A stretch of 64,000 nucleotides of DNA from Amoebophrya sp. A120 (Eukaryota > Protista > Dinoflagellata), in NCBI GenBank assembly GCA_905178155.1, contig CAJINV010000003.1, forward strand, positions 11,759,105-11,823,104, given 5' to 3'. Shown here piece after piece: positions 25,901-39,648 of this stretch. The translations under genes were made by a program, and so were the position numbers. Each line of letters starts with the position of its first letter. Positions within the stretch are counted from its first letter, which is position 1. Below the pieces are notes generated by a model. It was given only the letters and a program-made list of their open reading frames with translations. It had not been told where the DNA came from and ran no database searches.

Positions 25901-28900
25901 TTAAGAAGAGAGCTTGTCCTGCGGTGAGGCTGTCTGCAGGAGAAAAATTTCTGTTGCAGTCAGTGTCGCCAGCAGTCCACGCGACAAAAAAAGAGACACA
26001 GGAAAAACGATCGAAGCAAACGACAGTACCAGCAAGCTTCGCAGCGGCGGCAGACTCTGCGGCAGCGGCTTTCTCAGTATCCAAGAAAAAAAGCGCGGTG
26101 ATGTAAGAACCAACTTCTTCGTAGGTGTATTTTTACGCAAAAAATACTACATAGCCCCTATGACTAGCCACACAGGAATCAGATCTTCAGACACGTACTG
26201 TTGTCTAGTTTCTACACGAAATAGTTTCAGGGTATGCAGTAGTTGTACTAGCTCTGCATGCAAACGACCAAAGAGCAAATCTCGGTGTCACGCGGCGCAT
26301 GAGCAGATCATGACGGTGTCTTTTTACTCCCTTGTGGAAAGAAACGTTCTATCACGCGCTTTTTTTCCTGCGTACTCTGTCAGAGTCATTGGAATTCGAG
26401 AATCTGAATCTTTTTTACAGCAGGCTAGTTGTACTCTACTAGTACTTCTAAACGCGCTATTTAGCAATCTACGTAAGTAACAACATGACAATCGCGGAGA
26501 TCATCCTGTGCTAAGGCTTTTTGGTGCTGGGTGACAAACGCTACGAAGCAAGACACTAGCACTAGCTGCCTTAAACGTAGAATACCATTGGCTTCTGCGA
26601 GTTGCTTATCGACTTTTGCCTGCAACTGCGCCAGCGAGTCTATAATGTGGAAAATTGGCGCAAGTAGGGAAAGTACAGCTAGGTCGCCGAGACGAAAAAG
26701 ATGTGGAAGACAACGAGGTGGAGAAGTGTACTCTTACACAACTTAGAAGTAATTCTAGTTGCTAAAGTTTGTTAGCACATGCTTTTATTCTAACATGAAG
26801 CTGCACAGTAGCGCATTCCAGCAGACACAGCAGCGCCGAAAAAACCAAAGTCCCGCCCAGTCATAGCTTTATTCACTAGCAGATTTTTGAAGTTGCACAA
26901 GAAACAGGAGCCGGTGACAGGCAGGCAAGAGACGGAGTAGCGTCCCATCGTGGCAGTGCGAGTTGGGTAGTAGGACATGCAGCATCTTTAAAGGAACGGC
27001 GAAACTCGACGAAAATTCCTACGGGAATAGGAAAACAGCAGCTGCGTGAATCAAGCGTGGCGGCTGGCTCCCTCGGTCTGCTGGTGGCGCTCCTGCCAAA
27101 TAGCTTCATCATCGATCTGTAGTTGGGGCACAGCTGCATAAATTTAAATCTAAAAATGCTTAGCAAAACCAGAGGAGTAAATAAATCGTCTGCTGCATTT
27201 GCATACCCGGGCAAGCAACTTGACAGGACGAGCGAAATGGAAGAATAAGATCTCCGCGATCTGATCATGGGGCAGTTGTAGTTTTTTCATCCTCTGAGTC
27301 CGATTCTGATTCCAAAAATAGTAGTTGAAACGAAACTGCGAAGAGGTGAGCGCGGCCAGGTGGCAAGGGAAACTTTTGAACCAAGAATTTTCCGGGCGAG
27401 AAGAAATGGACGAGCTGTGTCATCGCATTGTGAAATAAACGGGGTCAGTAGGCAGACAAAAAGTGTGGTGCGCGAAGCGGCTAATGGGAAAGAGAATCGG
27501 CTTCGCAGAAAAAAAAACATGTGATGGCAGAGTAAAAAATGAAAAATTTTCCAAGAGTACAAAAAAACCGCGCCAAGAGCCAGCATTAGGAGCGCCGAGA
27601 GGAGACGAGCCGCCGCCGCAGGTGCTGCAAGTACTGAATGATGAGTCTAGGCCTTTTATCAATTAATTTGCGTGTGCCTCTTTTTTTGCGAAACAAAAAA
27701 GATTGGAAGTAATTTTGTCGTCCAACACAATTTCAGTGGGTGTAGTTTTTCCGACGTATTTCAGACGCGTCTGCTGGAATGGCAAACCATTGACCATATC
27801 GTTTCAAGTTTTTAATATCGACTACAGGTTGAAAACTGTAAGACTCTAAATAAATCTTTCACGCCGAAAGTCTTTTCTCACAGAAGCAAGCATCTTGTCA
27901 GAGTCACCAGTTGCAAGTACTTATTGTTTTATATCTGCTTTAGGAGATATCTATAGTGTGCACAAAGACAAAACGCACCGCGTACAGGGATGTTGACATC
28001 AAAACGAACAAAAGTCTCGCAGCCATCATCTAGTACGTACTTACCTCGTGCTGCCCCCAACTCGGACTCCAGCAACTTCAACTGGTTTTCGACGGTGGCT
28101 TTCTCGCTTTTCACCACCTCCAGCTCCTTCGTCATCTTTTCTACCCCGTCCTTCGACTATCAAATGGAAATATGTCTGGGTCCTCTGAAAAATGGTGCAA
28201 CGCTTGCCATGCACGTTTTACATGACCCCTGGTGTCTGTGATGTTGGCGTCGCATCATACTTAGATTTTTAGCCGGCTTCGGCTTCCTGATGCCTATTCC
28301 GCATGAGAAATGCCCTCACCGCGTAGCCCAAACTGGACTTGTTCTTTTGCTGGAGGTCATGCAATACAGATTTTTATTTTTTCGAATCCGACAAGCGGCA
28401 TCACAAGTTGCAGCTGCAGCCTTCCAGACCCAGATCGATATTTGCAATGCATATCGACGCTTTCAGCTCTGCCTCCGCGGTTTTCAGCGATTCCGCTTGC
28501 CTGTGTAAGTATTTCGACTCTTATTTACCAAAGTGCTTAATACAGTTTTCTTTTTTTCTTGAGGAGAGACAAAACACGAAGTTGAACTAGCAGTACAGTG
28601 CTACTGAAACCTGATAGGGCCGCCTGACAAATTGCGTTAACATGACTCAGAAGTGAAGCACGTCTAGACATGGCAAGAAAGGCACTAATAGTAGAACAAT
28701 TGAAGGGCAGTGTCCAACTCGGCAATTTTGGCTTCCAGCGGTGCCGCACACTCCTTCAGCTTTCGCTCCGCCTCCGCGAGCATCTGGTCTTGCTCCCGGT
28801 TAAATTTGGCTTGCAGGTCGTCTCGCTGCTTCTGCATCTCCTTTTGCTTGTCCTGCTCGAACACCGTTCGTGCCTCCGCAATCGCGCCCAAAACCCGTTC

Positions 28901-29674
28901 CTCGATGGACGATTCCAGGGCGAAGTACTTCTCTTGCTCCTGCACGACCAATTCCTTCTGCACATCCACCTTTTCTTCGGACTGCTGCAGCGCGTGTCGC
29001 AGCGTGTCTTTCTCGAAGTTCATTTGCAGCGAGTCCTTCTGGATCTGGAGTAACCGCTTCAGAAACTTCTGCATCTGGATCTTCGTGATCACCGAGCCCA
29101 GTCGCAGCTCCGCCAGCTGCTCCTTGGTAACGACCAACTCGTCGAGCGCGTCGGACTTGTGCTTAGGGTAGTCCTTTTCCAGCGCTGCCTTCTTGGCCGG
29201 GTCGTTGTTGTGTGCCGGATTCGGACCGTACACCTGGTCCGCGTTCAGTTTCTCGCCTTTCCCGTCCTGATTGGCGGAGGAAAACAGGGCGTTCATGCTG
29301 TCGTCTTCCTTGGAAATTTCCATTCGCTCAAAGAATCCCTGCAAAGTCTGCGTGTCCACGATCTCGCAGCGCTCGTGCCCCTCGTACCCGGCGAGAATGA
29401 CTTCGAATTCCTTTTTGCTGCTCGCAACTCCCATGGCGTCAATCAAGTCGTCCTTCATGTCGTCCAGGGATTTCAGCTCCGGGTCCATCAATTTTGCATC
29501 GGACAAGTCGACCACGAAGATCAAGGTTTTCTGCATGGACGTGGGAATCGCGATCTCCTTGACCGTGAAGTCCTCCTTGGGCTGCAGCACCCGCCCCCCA
29601 CATACCGGCCCGGCTTTGAAATCGCCTTCCCGCGGGCCCCGGGAAGGCGAGTGCCTTCCCGGGGAGGCTGGCAT
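22926..29674 (-). CDS. Coiled-coil plus MATH/TRAF-like domain protein with many small exons (may be two genes)
   Basis: N-terminal coiled-coil ORF 28685-29674 and E/K/A-rich mini-exons. MATH-like RTFKWKITKL...SQEFTLWG...VEWYPNG...WSAVKL is reconstituted across introner 24548. C-terminal S/P-rich exon 22926-23330. Confidence 0.6.
24548..24854. mobile_element. Introner family F with about 52-bp TIR
   Basis: TATGG.TGTGTCAG..TTGAAATCG.C.AAGTTGAAAT.ATTTGT.ATGCATA at both ends, perfect TSD CGGAC; removal gives KDRPCMSQEF. Confidence 0.9.
28158..28453. mobile_element. Introner family A
   Basis: TIR pair, perfect TSD TCGAC; frame restored (LKASKDGVEKMTKE). Confidence 0.9.
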
Positions 29675-30675
29675 GGTCCTCGATTGCGGAGGCTCTCGGA
29701 CGACGCAGTGATAATTGCTCCAATACCTCCAATACGGTATTTCGATCTTCGGTGCAACAGAATATCAAACGAGATTAATTTCTTGTCAATCGATCTTTAT
29801 TTTCCCCAACTTTTTCGTACAAATAATTTACCAAAAAAAAAAGCTGTGTGGTTGTGACGGCAGATGTCGAATACAGAGAAGCCTCCTGAGATGCACACGG
29901 ACCACCAGGAAACGTTAGTACGCCAGAATTGGATGAGTAAATCTATTTCTTCAGTTTTGAATTTGATAATGCAGCTTTTCCTCACATTTTCCCCCCACGC
30001 ACTTCAGAAAAACACGACTACGACCCACAACAAATGAATTTCATCTGATTCTTGTCTCGTAGGCCAAATGAATCATAAGTACCTACTAGATACAGACAGC
30101 GACAGGAGGTCCACCTCAAAGATTAGAACCTACTCTAAATTGCAGACCTTACTCCCCACCGATTTTGTCCGAATTTGTCTGTGACCGAACTGTCAGAAGA
30201 ACTACACAAAGAGGGCAACAAATCGATGTTATTGAAGACGGTGATGTGCTTTTTTAAAAATTTGTGTCCGTTTCTGACACTTCTGTGCCTCCGTTGCCTT
30301 GCAACAAAGAACCCAGCAAGAACTCCACTGCGGAACAACAACTCCGCTACCTGGCATACTATCCGCGGCCGCAGAACATCTATGTTCTTAAGAGCAACAT
30401 TTTATTATATTACGTCATCGACGCCATGGGTGTAAGTCTATAAAATAATCATTGATCAAAATAAATCTTGGGCTGTCGCGAAAAAAAAGTTCAACCGTGA
30501 GATGCAAGACAGAGCTGTAGATGTTGAAGCAGGTCAACATGTGCCAGAGCGGTGCCACGGCATATATAAAGCTCCCCACGAGGTTCTTGCAGTAGATGTT
30601 ATGGTGAACCGAAACAATAAATCCCCCCTTGTGACGGCGCATTCAGCACGTCCGTTAGCACCAGAAGCTCATCCC

Positions 30676-33600
30676 TTACACCTCGACCGCGAGTTCCACA
30701 CCATAAGCAGGGTCTTCACTACCAGCACTCAACATCTCGCCAGCCACCGCACTAGTAGCGCCCCCGGAAGTAGATGTTGACGTTGTTACAGTTGTGTGCG
30801 TGGCAATAACTTGCTCCACGTAGTCGGCGAGGCGGGTTCTAACTTGATGCTGTTGCATTTTCTCCCACGACGAGGTGGAAGCTCTGCCGTGGTGGAACGC
30901 CAACCTCCGAGCTTGACCAACGAGCGCGTCCAGCATGGCGAATTCCGGTGCGGAATCGCTTCCGTACAACTCCTTCGGCAGTTCCAGGGCGGGAAAGAAA
31001 ATCTCGCGGAGGAGGTAGTTTGAAACAGCCTGATGTTGTTGAAAAGAGCGCTGGCGATCTGCCTGGTAGTGGTCCTCGCCTCGTCCATGAAACAAATCTG
31101 CTCGCTTTCCTTGATGTTGACCCTTCTGCAGTAATAGCAGACTCGGAGACAGTAAAAAATCAACGAATTTGAACGCAATTTTCCGCAGATCCAGTTCCGC
31201 GTCGAGCAGTAGTTTCGTCCCGATTTCCTCGTGCGCAGTGCGCAGTTCTTGCGGCCGTGCTGGTTTTGTACCATGCTGGTTCACGTTCATCTCCCCGTTG
31301 TTTGATGCAACATTACTTCCGTCAAAATAGTTCTCGAGCAGATCTTTGCAGGAAGGGAGCGACAAAGTAATTCTCGCGGTTTCATCCTCTCCCTCCTGCG
31401 GCTCTTCTTCGGGAAACATTTCAACATCCGGGTCGTGTCTATCTTTCCGCCCAGTTCTTGACGTTGTCGACGCCCCCCCTTCAATTATGTCGGAAATGAT
31501 GAAAGTAGCACTACTTGTAGCAACACCGTCTACGTTGTCTCCTGCCTCGAGAAAGATCTCCTCGCTATTTCCGTTACCTCCTTCTGCTTTTGCGGCTCGT
31601 GGACTACTAGTTCTACTTGTTCCACTTCTTCCCGCGGCAGCTTCTACTTGATCTCCTTGCTGAATACCAAACCTACCGCTTTCCTGACTTTCCAGCAAAT
31701 AATTTCCGCACACCTGCAACCTCGCTTCCAACTCTTCCAACCGCCTTCTCCCGACGTTCTCCGCTAATAGCTTCACGACCCGACTGCCGCTCCGCAGCGC
31801 GAACTCGGCCTCCACGAAGGAGTCCTATGGATTGTAAAAATGTCTGGGTCTGGAAGAATGCATGTTTGTCATGCTTGTCTGGCATGACTCTTAAATCTGT
31901 CATGCACGTTACCCAAGAGCTCCATTTTTCTGCGATGCAGAAACGCAGTTTGTCATGCAGAATAGGCAACACCTAGGGTAGGAGCTCAGAAACTTGTCAT
32001 GCTGAGCCAGCATTTGTAGCCTCATCATGAGACGCCGCCCAGCATCACAAGTTTCCAGACCCAGACATTTTTACATTTGATAAGTCCAGTTTCGAAACGA
32101 TCTCCTCCGCAAACTGGGACGTCACTTCCGCCTTCTCCTGCTTCTTCGCGAACTCGCTTCTCTGCTCCAGCTCCTGCTCGGCGGTCGCGGTTTTGTCCGT
32201 CAAGCTTCTGGTGTTCACCCAGTTGGATACCGAGTGCCCGTATTTTTCCCGGTACTCGTGTTCTAACTGCTCCAGCCGTTTTGCCACGGGGAACGAAAAC
32301 GACACCACCGCCGTGTCACCGTCGGCAATGTAGCCCCGGATCGCGGTCTCCATTGCGTGGCGGAGCTTGCTGTCGTGAATCATCGACTTGAGCATTTTCT
32401 GAGCGGAGTGGTGCTCCAGACGTTCATCTTCTTGCGAGGGAGAAGGACTCGCATCTGCTGCTTCAGGGGCAGGCGAATTTTTATCAGCGTCGGTAGTTGT
32501 GTTCTTCTTGGCTCTTGTTTCTTCCTCTGGAGGCACCAGCTTCATCTTCTCGGGGGAAGTAGAAGAGCTTTCTCGTTCTCCTTTTTGCAATTGGTTGTTA
32601 ACCTCTGAAGATATCCGTGTAGTTCTTGATCCACGCGTGTTTTCCTCAGAAGTATTGCGCAAATTGGCCACGCTCCTTGCCGCTCCGTTGTGACCTGTTG
32701 TTCCTTCTGCAGCAGTGACCTGCTGTTCAACAGCACGAGAAGATGTGGACGCCGTGGTCTCGTTTCCCCCGACCAGACTCGAAAAAAGCTCCTGCTTCAC
32801 CTGCTCCCTCTCGGAGAGCAACTTGTCAACAAAAGGGTACCCCGTTCCGTCGGTTTCCTTCTGCTTATTTTGTGTAGTAGTTTCAAGAACTCGCTTTATG
32901 GACTTTTGACTCGCTCTTGCTTGTTCCGTCGTGGTCCCGCCAGGATTTTTCGAGGTTCCTGTGGTAGTGGTGTCATTCGCTCCTGCTTCACCTTCAGATC
33001 CTGCTTGCTCGACAGCAGAGGGTGACTGCCCTGTTGTAGTTTGTTCTACTGTCGCAGAAGTAGAATCATTCTCACTAGCTGTCGCTCGGTGTTTCTCCGC
33101 GAAATTTCTGATCGCAGTATGGTTTTTCTCATATTGCGTCGCTTTCGTCCTGCTCCCGGCTGCTCCGTCGCTGCCACTGGACTTTTGCTCATGCTCCGCC
33201 GCAGTCCTGGAGGAGGAAGCACTTGCTGCACTTCCTGCCGCAGCACCAGCCTGGTCCGTAGCGGGACTGGAAAAGAAGTAGTCAAAGCTGACCTTCACGC
33301 CGTCAAAAACCGGGAGGAAAATCTTCTCACTGCAGAAGGTTAAAGTTTTCTCCAAAACTACATCCAAATACGTCAGGCGCAGAAAGTAGCCGAAAATTCT
33401 GTCCAGCTGCAACTTGTCGCTCAGCACGTACTTCACGTGCGGCGCGACGTACTTCTGGACCACCCGCGCCAGACTGTCAAACTGCTTGCCCGTGTTCAGC
33501 GCAGCGGCGTACGCGAGCGCCCCGACGTGTCGGGAGAGTCTCAAAATCACCGTGCCGGGCAACCGGAGGAGGGCAGAGCAAAGATTGAACACGAGCCGGA

Positions 33601-36600
33601 ATAAGGCGAAGGGGCTCAAGTCGATTTCTAAAACCTCCGGAGGAACTGCGGCGGCTGATGTCGCATTGGTTAAGTTCGAGGTTTCCGACGATTCTGATAC
33701 AATTTTTGCCGTTCCATTTCTATTACGAGCCGCCAAAGAACTACTTGTAGAATTGCTCGTCGCATTTCTATTCCCAGCCGCATTATCTACGTCCACATTT
33801 CCCGCCAGCCAGCCGAGTTGGCGCACTTTAAACTCCAGGAGTAGTTGCTTGTCCGCTGCCGTGGCGAACTTTGGATCTTTCACGACCGGTAACGCCAGCG
33901 ACGGTTTGTTTTCCGCTATGTGTGCGTTTTTTCCGAAGGCGAAAAACGGTTTTTTCGCATTTTCCGCTCCCTCCCCGACGCTATTCGCGCCGATCAAGAC
34001 CGTGCCCTGCGGCTCGATGGCGCGCCGGATTTTGTCCACCTGTTTGGCGCTGGCCGCGCGCACGCCGGTGAAGTGCTGCGCCGACCGCATCACGTCGTAG
34101 AGGAACTTTCCCTTACCCTCGGAAATCTGGCTCAGCCGCCAGTACGGGATCTTCTTAATGCCGTAGTGCAGCGGGGGGCGGAGGGTGGAGTTGGTGGTGG
34201 TGGAGGTAGTTGTGTTCGATGGATGTTCTATTTGCAGCTCTGCGGATCTGTTGGAAAGATTGTCGTCATCGACTTCAAGGGCAGCAGCAGCTGGCTGCAG
34301 TGCTCTACTTTCCGCCGTGGCAGTTATTGATGTTTCCTTCTGTATTTCCGCAGATGAATTGTTGCTCGGAGATGTTTCTGCTGCTGCTGCACCTCCGGAG
34401 GTTGCAAGATGAACATCACCACCCTGCTCTTGCGAGGCAGTAGTTGCAAGCGGCGTCTCGTTAGCTTCAGTGGTGCCTGGCTGAACAGCCTGCTCCGCAG
34501 TGCTAGAGTGGTCCGCGGCTTGTCTCAATATGTGGTCCAAGTCCTCTCCATTATTCCCAGCACTACTGCTAGCCCCACCAGAAGATGAACCACTATCCTC
34601 GTTCGTGAAGAACTGCCTTAGCTTTCGCCACTCCGTGTAGATCGACGCAAAATCGAAGACAATCACCGAGGCCGCGAAGTGCCGCACGAAATCGTGCACG
34701 AGGTGTGTGCGTGCGGACAGTTCCGCGATCAGATTCAGCGGCAAATCATCCTTGCTGAACACCAACGTTGCGGAGCCGGATACAAAGGTTGTCGCCGAGT
34801 TGTGAATGAGAAACCACTTGTACAAGAAGGGGCCGTTCGCCGACCCGGCGCCGGCGGTGGAAGTCAAAATCCAGCTGAGCCACTTCTCCAGCATCACGGA
34901 AAAACCCAGCGTACACAAATTCCACACCCGCTGCAGCACGTGCAAGACGGGGAAGCTCAGGAGCAAGACAAACAGCATGACGAAGCCCCAGCCCAGCAGT
35001 TGGTCCACCGTTTCGACGGAAATGTCACTCCAGGACAGCCGGTGCCGGCAGGTGGGGCAGGTCGCGCCCGGGGGCGCGCCGGAGAAAATCAGGTGCTGCT
35101 CGTTCCGGCTGGTGGAGATCCAGTTCTTCAAGCAGTCCGAGTGAAACACGTGTTTGCACGGCAGCCGCACGTTCTTGTGCTGCTTGTACTGCTGTTTCGT
35201 ATGGTACTGCTTCGCGGACAGGTGCTGTTGTTCGTCGGCGCTGGAGGGTTCGTCATCGTTGTAGTAGTCGTCCTCAGGAGGGTAAAAATTATCCGACGGA
35301 TTGTTGGAGGATCGACCGGCACCTCTTCTAGCACTGGAGGATCCACCGCCCGATGCTGCTGCTGCACCAGTACTACTCGTGCTCTGATCATAATTCCTGT
35401 TACTACTCCCTGCCATCCTGCGTCTTTTTTGTCCGCTGGTGGCGAAATGCCCGGTGTCGTTGTCTTCGTACCAGCCGGAAGGGAGGTGAACGGAATTGTT
35501 GTCAGAGAATTCCAGACCAATGGACAAGTTGCGTGCTGAGGTTGCAGCTCCGGATGCTGTGGACGTCGAGAAGCGGTTCCGCGATGAACCACCGTCGAGC
35601 ATGTAGTTGCGCAAATTCTGCAGCGGTCCAGCTGAACTGCTGGACGAACTTGCTGAGGCAGTTGTGCCTCCACTTGTGCCACTACCACTCGCCGGATTCC
35701 CGACAACGGTGGGCAGAAGAGGGTGGTCCAGATCGTCTTCGCCGCCGATGAATGGTGCTGATGCTCCACCTCCTGGTGGCATTATGCCGGAAGAAGCTCC
35801 AGCGGGGGCCACAACTCCTGCCGTTGATGTTCCTGAGACATTCGAACCCGAGCCCCCTGCTGCCGCACCCTGACCAGTAGCACTAGCAGCACCCCCCTCA
35901 TCATCTGCTCCGCCCACCGGCAGCTGTCTTGCGAGCGTGATTTCTATTTATCCTAAGGAAAAATCCCCCTCCCCATAGTGAAAAGGTATGTTTCCGAAAA
36001 TTTGCGCTGCTGGTTTGAGGTCACAAATCGCATTTGTCTTGCAAGAAGACAAGGGCAGAAGCTTCCGCCCCATTATTGAAGCGCTTTGTCATGCTGTTGG
36101 GCTTAAAGGGGAGCCGTTTGCCATGCTGAACAACTAGACCCCTACGCCCCTATGTAGCCTGGGGATCTGGCCGCAATGCCTCTCTGCGTGACAAATGTCG
36201 TTTGTGTAAGTACGCAAATCCAGCATCAGAGATTTCGTTTTGATGTGGGGAGGGGGGATTTTTCCTTTTGATACTATCGGTCCGATGCCAATGGTGACCG
36301 CAGTTCCCTGCTGCTCTACCGCGATGTCGGTGTCATCGAACAAAGACCCGTAGCCCGACGAGGACCCACTTTCCCCATTAGCAGTCCGCCGCCTCCCCGC
36401 GCAGAACAGGAATTCCAGCCACCGACGGAGAAACCCGGCTGCGCCGGAGGCCCTTTGCCCATGGGTCAAATTGCTGCTCATGCCGTCGAGCTCCAAAGAG
36501 TTCTGGTTTCGTGGGTTCAAGTCCGGAAAGTCGTATTTCTGCTGTAAAGATGTAGTACTGTGGTCTTCGTTTGTTGAACTACCACTGTAATTGGCGAGCC

Positions 36601-39600
36601 AGAAGTTGTTCGCCTCATCAAAATGATCTTCTTCAAACTCATCCTCAACTATGTCGTGCTGCGTGTCGTCATTTTGCGAATGCGATTGCAGTATTGAGGA
36701 TTCTCCTAACCTTTCTTCTTGCCCGGAAGGACGGTGAGCATTCCTTGTAGTTCTTGTCGCCGAAATAGTAGTACTTCCGCTGTTGCGAACAAGATCATTA
36801 GTACTATGGTATCTTCCCCCCCTCACCTGGTACAGACTCTGGACGTCCTCGTCTGCGGAGCGCAGAAATGACGGCCAACGGAGATGCAACCCATCTGCGA
36901 ACACGCGGCGCAATAAAGCGCGGACGGAGTAGATAGAGAGGGAGGGGGTAGTGGTAGTGTCGCCGCGGAGGTCGCGACGAGACGAAGATTGGTCTCGGTT
37001 GTTCATCCCAGCGTCGTCGCGGTTGTTGTACAGAGGATCATTATCTGTGTTGTTAATATCGTTGTCCCCATAGATTGGTCTCCCGGCTTGCAGGTTGTCC
37101 TCGTCGTTCAATATTTCATCTTCTCGATCCTCTATTTCATCTTCCCGGTCATAGTTGTCAAACCGGTCATCTTCGTGATGAACCACCGCGCCATAATTGT
37201 ACGCGTTCTGTCTAGCCACCAATCCGGGGTCGAGGAGGTCGGGCGCGGAATCATCATCACCGTGAAGACCACGACCTACGTGTGTTCTACCAGTTGTACC
37301 TCTGCCGCCCCTAGAAGTAGTTGTGCTTCTCATCATGTAGTAGTTCCACGGCATGGCGGCCCAGGGAAACCTGGACAGAGAAAAGTCCGTACTCGAGGCT
37401 TCATCGTCGAGGAAGTTGTCGAGTTCTTCCTGGTCGTCATTTATTCGCTGCTGGTTGAGGTTAGCACGAAGACCAGCGAACGTCCGACCGGAAGTACTGG
37501 AGCTCGACCCGCCCTGCTGGAAGTTCCCCCGGTTGGTCAGCCTACGCCGCAACGCCGCGCCGGTGCTTGTGTTCTGGTAGTGGAACAACTGTTGGTCCTC
37601 TGTCTGGGTCCTACTTCGGGAAGAGGAACCACTCCTGGTCCTGTTGTAGCTCAGCTGCATATAATTATCTCTAGTTCGCCCGTTATAATTATGCGCATAA
37701 TTCTCCTCACTGAAGTACTTCGCCTCAAAGTCCCCACTGTACGGGTCGCAACTGGGGGCGGACCGCAACCCGGATTCATATGCATTGCAAATATCGATCT
37801 GGGTCTGGAAAGAACCTGTGATGCATGTCAGCGAATAGAAAGCACATTCTTGTGATGCACCGCCAAGCATGACAGATTTTTCCGTTGCTCTTTGTTGCGT
37901 AACCCGCATGACAAACAGCCTTCTTGCAAGACAGACAAGAGCAGCTCTTGCTGGCCACGCAATACTTACAGAGCTCAGCGGAATGCCAGACTAGCATAAC
38001 AAATCTCGCAATTATCTTCCCGACCCAGACATATTTGCAGTGGATAACTCAAACCGGCCGACGATGGTTCCCGCGTGTTCCACCTTCCGGTTCCGCAGTC
38101 TCGCGGCCGTCTATCCTGTGTAAAAACATCCCCACCCCAGAGTCAAGATGGACACTTAGCAACACAAGTCCAGAACTTTTGGGAGCCACGCATGACAAGT
38201 TGCAGTCCGTAGTGTAGTGCATGTTAGCAAGGACAACCGCATCACAAATCCATCTGCTTATCCTGTTTACAGCATGACAAATTCCAAAACACGACTGTAA
38301 ATGCCTCTTATGGAGATGCGCATTGCAAATCTTCCTGTAATCGCAAGTCTGCATGACAATTGTGAGGTGGGGACGGTTTTACTTAGGATACCGTCAACTC
38401 CGGCCTTCTCCGGTGCAGCGACAACGACATCCTTTCGTAGTCGGGATCCAGGAATTGGACTTTCTGGTTCAGACTGTCCAAACAGATCACGCAGTCCTCG
38501 TCCTGCAAGTCTCTGCCCGAGTGCGAGGCGCAGCAGTAGTCCAGTTTCGTCTTCCCGTCCGGGAGGTAGTACTCTCGACCGGCGGTCACCAGCTCGTGGG
38601 GGAAATTCCAAACCTAAGAGTACAGAACAGTTGTTCTTGTCAAAAGTAGTCAGTGTGATCCTAGTAGAAGACTAGCACCATGTTGCCAGGAGCGATCTGG
38701 TGCGACATGTACTTGACAACTTGTCACCTCGTAGTTCATCTTCTACCGGTACTTCCTGCCAAGGTACTTTCTTACTTACCTTACATGATGAGAACCCAAT
38801 AAACACGACAGAAAATGTAAGAATAAATTCACACAAGACAAAGAAGTAAATTACCATATCCAGCTCCCCTCTCTCGTACAGCGAGAAGGGGCGGCCGCAG
38901 AATTCCCAGGCCATCCCGGACAACAAGATCGCGATGGACAAATACAAAGTCGTTTCGTCCAGAATCGCGTTCTCGTGATACTCGTCTCGCGGCATGGTGG
39001 TTAGCGTCCCGAAGTACAATCGCAGCGTGTAGTCCACCTCGAAGAGCCGTAAGCAGATCAGGAACCCCGCGTACTCCTGAATGGCGAGCAAATGGTCAAA
39101 CAGCCCCTCCGCGGTTAAGTGCACGGTGTACAAACTCGGCGTTTTCTCGATGCAGTCCACGCGCAGAATGTAGGTGAAGAAGAACATCTTGCAGAACTGA
39201 AAGACCGCGCAGAAAGCCAGGAGATACGCGAGGAGGTGCTCCATCAGAACGTTGTACCCGTGCCAGACGAAGAGGGAAAGCAGAAACCCGGTCCACAACC
39301 CCCAGGTGCCGGCGATTTTGGGCTCCGAAACTTTGAACGCTTCAGCGTCGCCGACGCAGGCTGTTGGAGTGTTTTGATAGTTGTGATACAGTTGAAGTAT
39401 AAACACAAAGCGACTGAATACTATAGACTCCTTCGCGCAATGGAAAAAGTAAAAATCGACATCGATCTTCAGCGCTTCTACTTTGTTGAAAAATTATAAG
39501 TACCTCTGACGAGCCAGTAGACCAATTCCGCGGCATGGTGGACCAAAATGTTTGCGGGGAAGAAGACAAAAACTGATGTGAAAAACACCACGGCATAGAG

Positions 39601-39648
39601 CAGTGCAACGATGCACCACAGCACGAGGTTCCGCAGAGCTACCCACAT
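30676..39648 (-). CDS. Very large transmembrane RING-H2 E3 ubiquitin ligase-like protein
   Basis: N-terminal hydrophobic segments (38855-39648), DCVICLDSL near 38490 and LPCKHVFHSDCLKNW...CPTCR near 35050-35165. ORFs join in frame across 4 introners and the GT-AG intron 38614-38854. The 3' end may extend to about 30135. Confidence 0.75.
31826..32082. mobile_element. Introner family A
   Basis: TIR pair, perfect TSD AGTCC; frame restored (KLDSFVEAEF). Confidence 0.92.
35949..36273. mobile_element. Introner family C (TIR TATC...AGGAAAAATCCCCCTCCCCA)
   Basis: TSD CTATT/CTATC; closely similar to the copy at 52609; frame restored. Confidence 0.92.
37779..38046. mobile_element. Introner family A
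   Basis: TIR pair, TSD ATTCA/ACTCA; frame restored (RFESGLRS). Confidence 0.88.
38112..38390. mobile_element. Introner family D (279 bp)
   Basis: TATCCTGTGTAAAAACATCCCCACC / GGTGGGGACGGTTTTACTTAGGATA, perfect TSD CCGTC; homologous to 57032-58502 in the opposite orientation. Confidence 0.92.
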
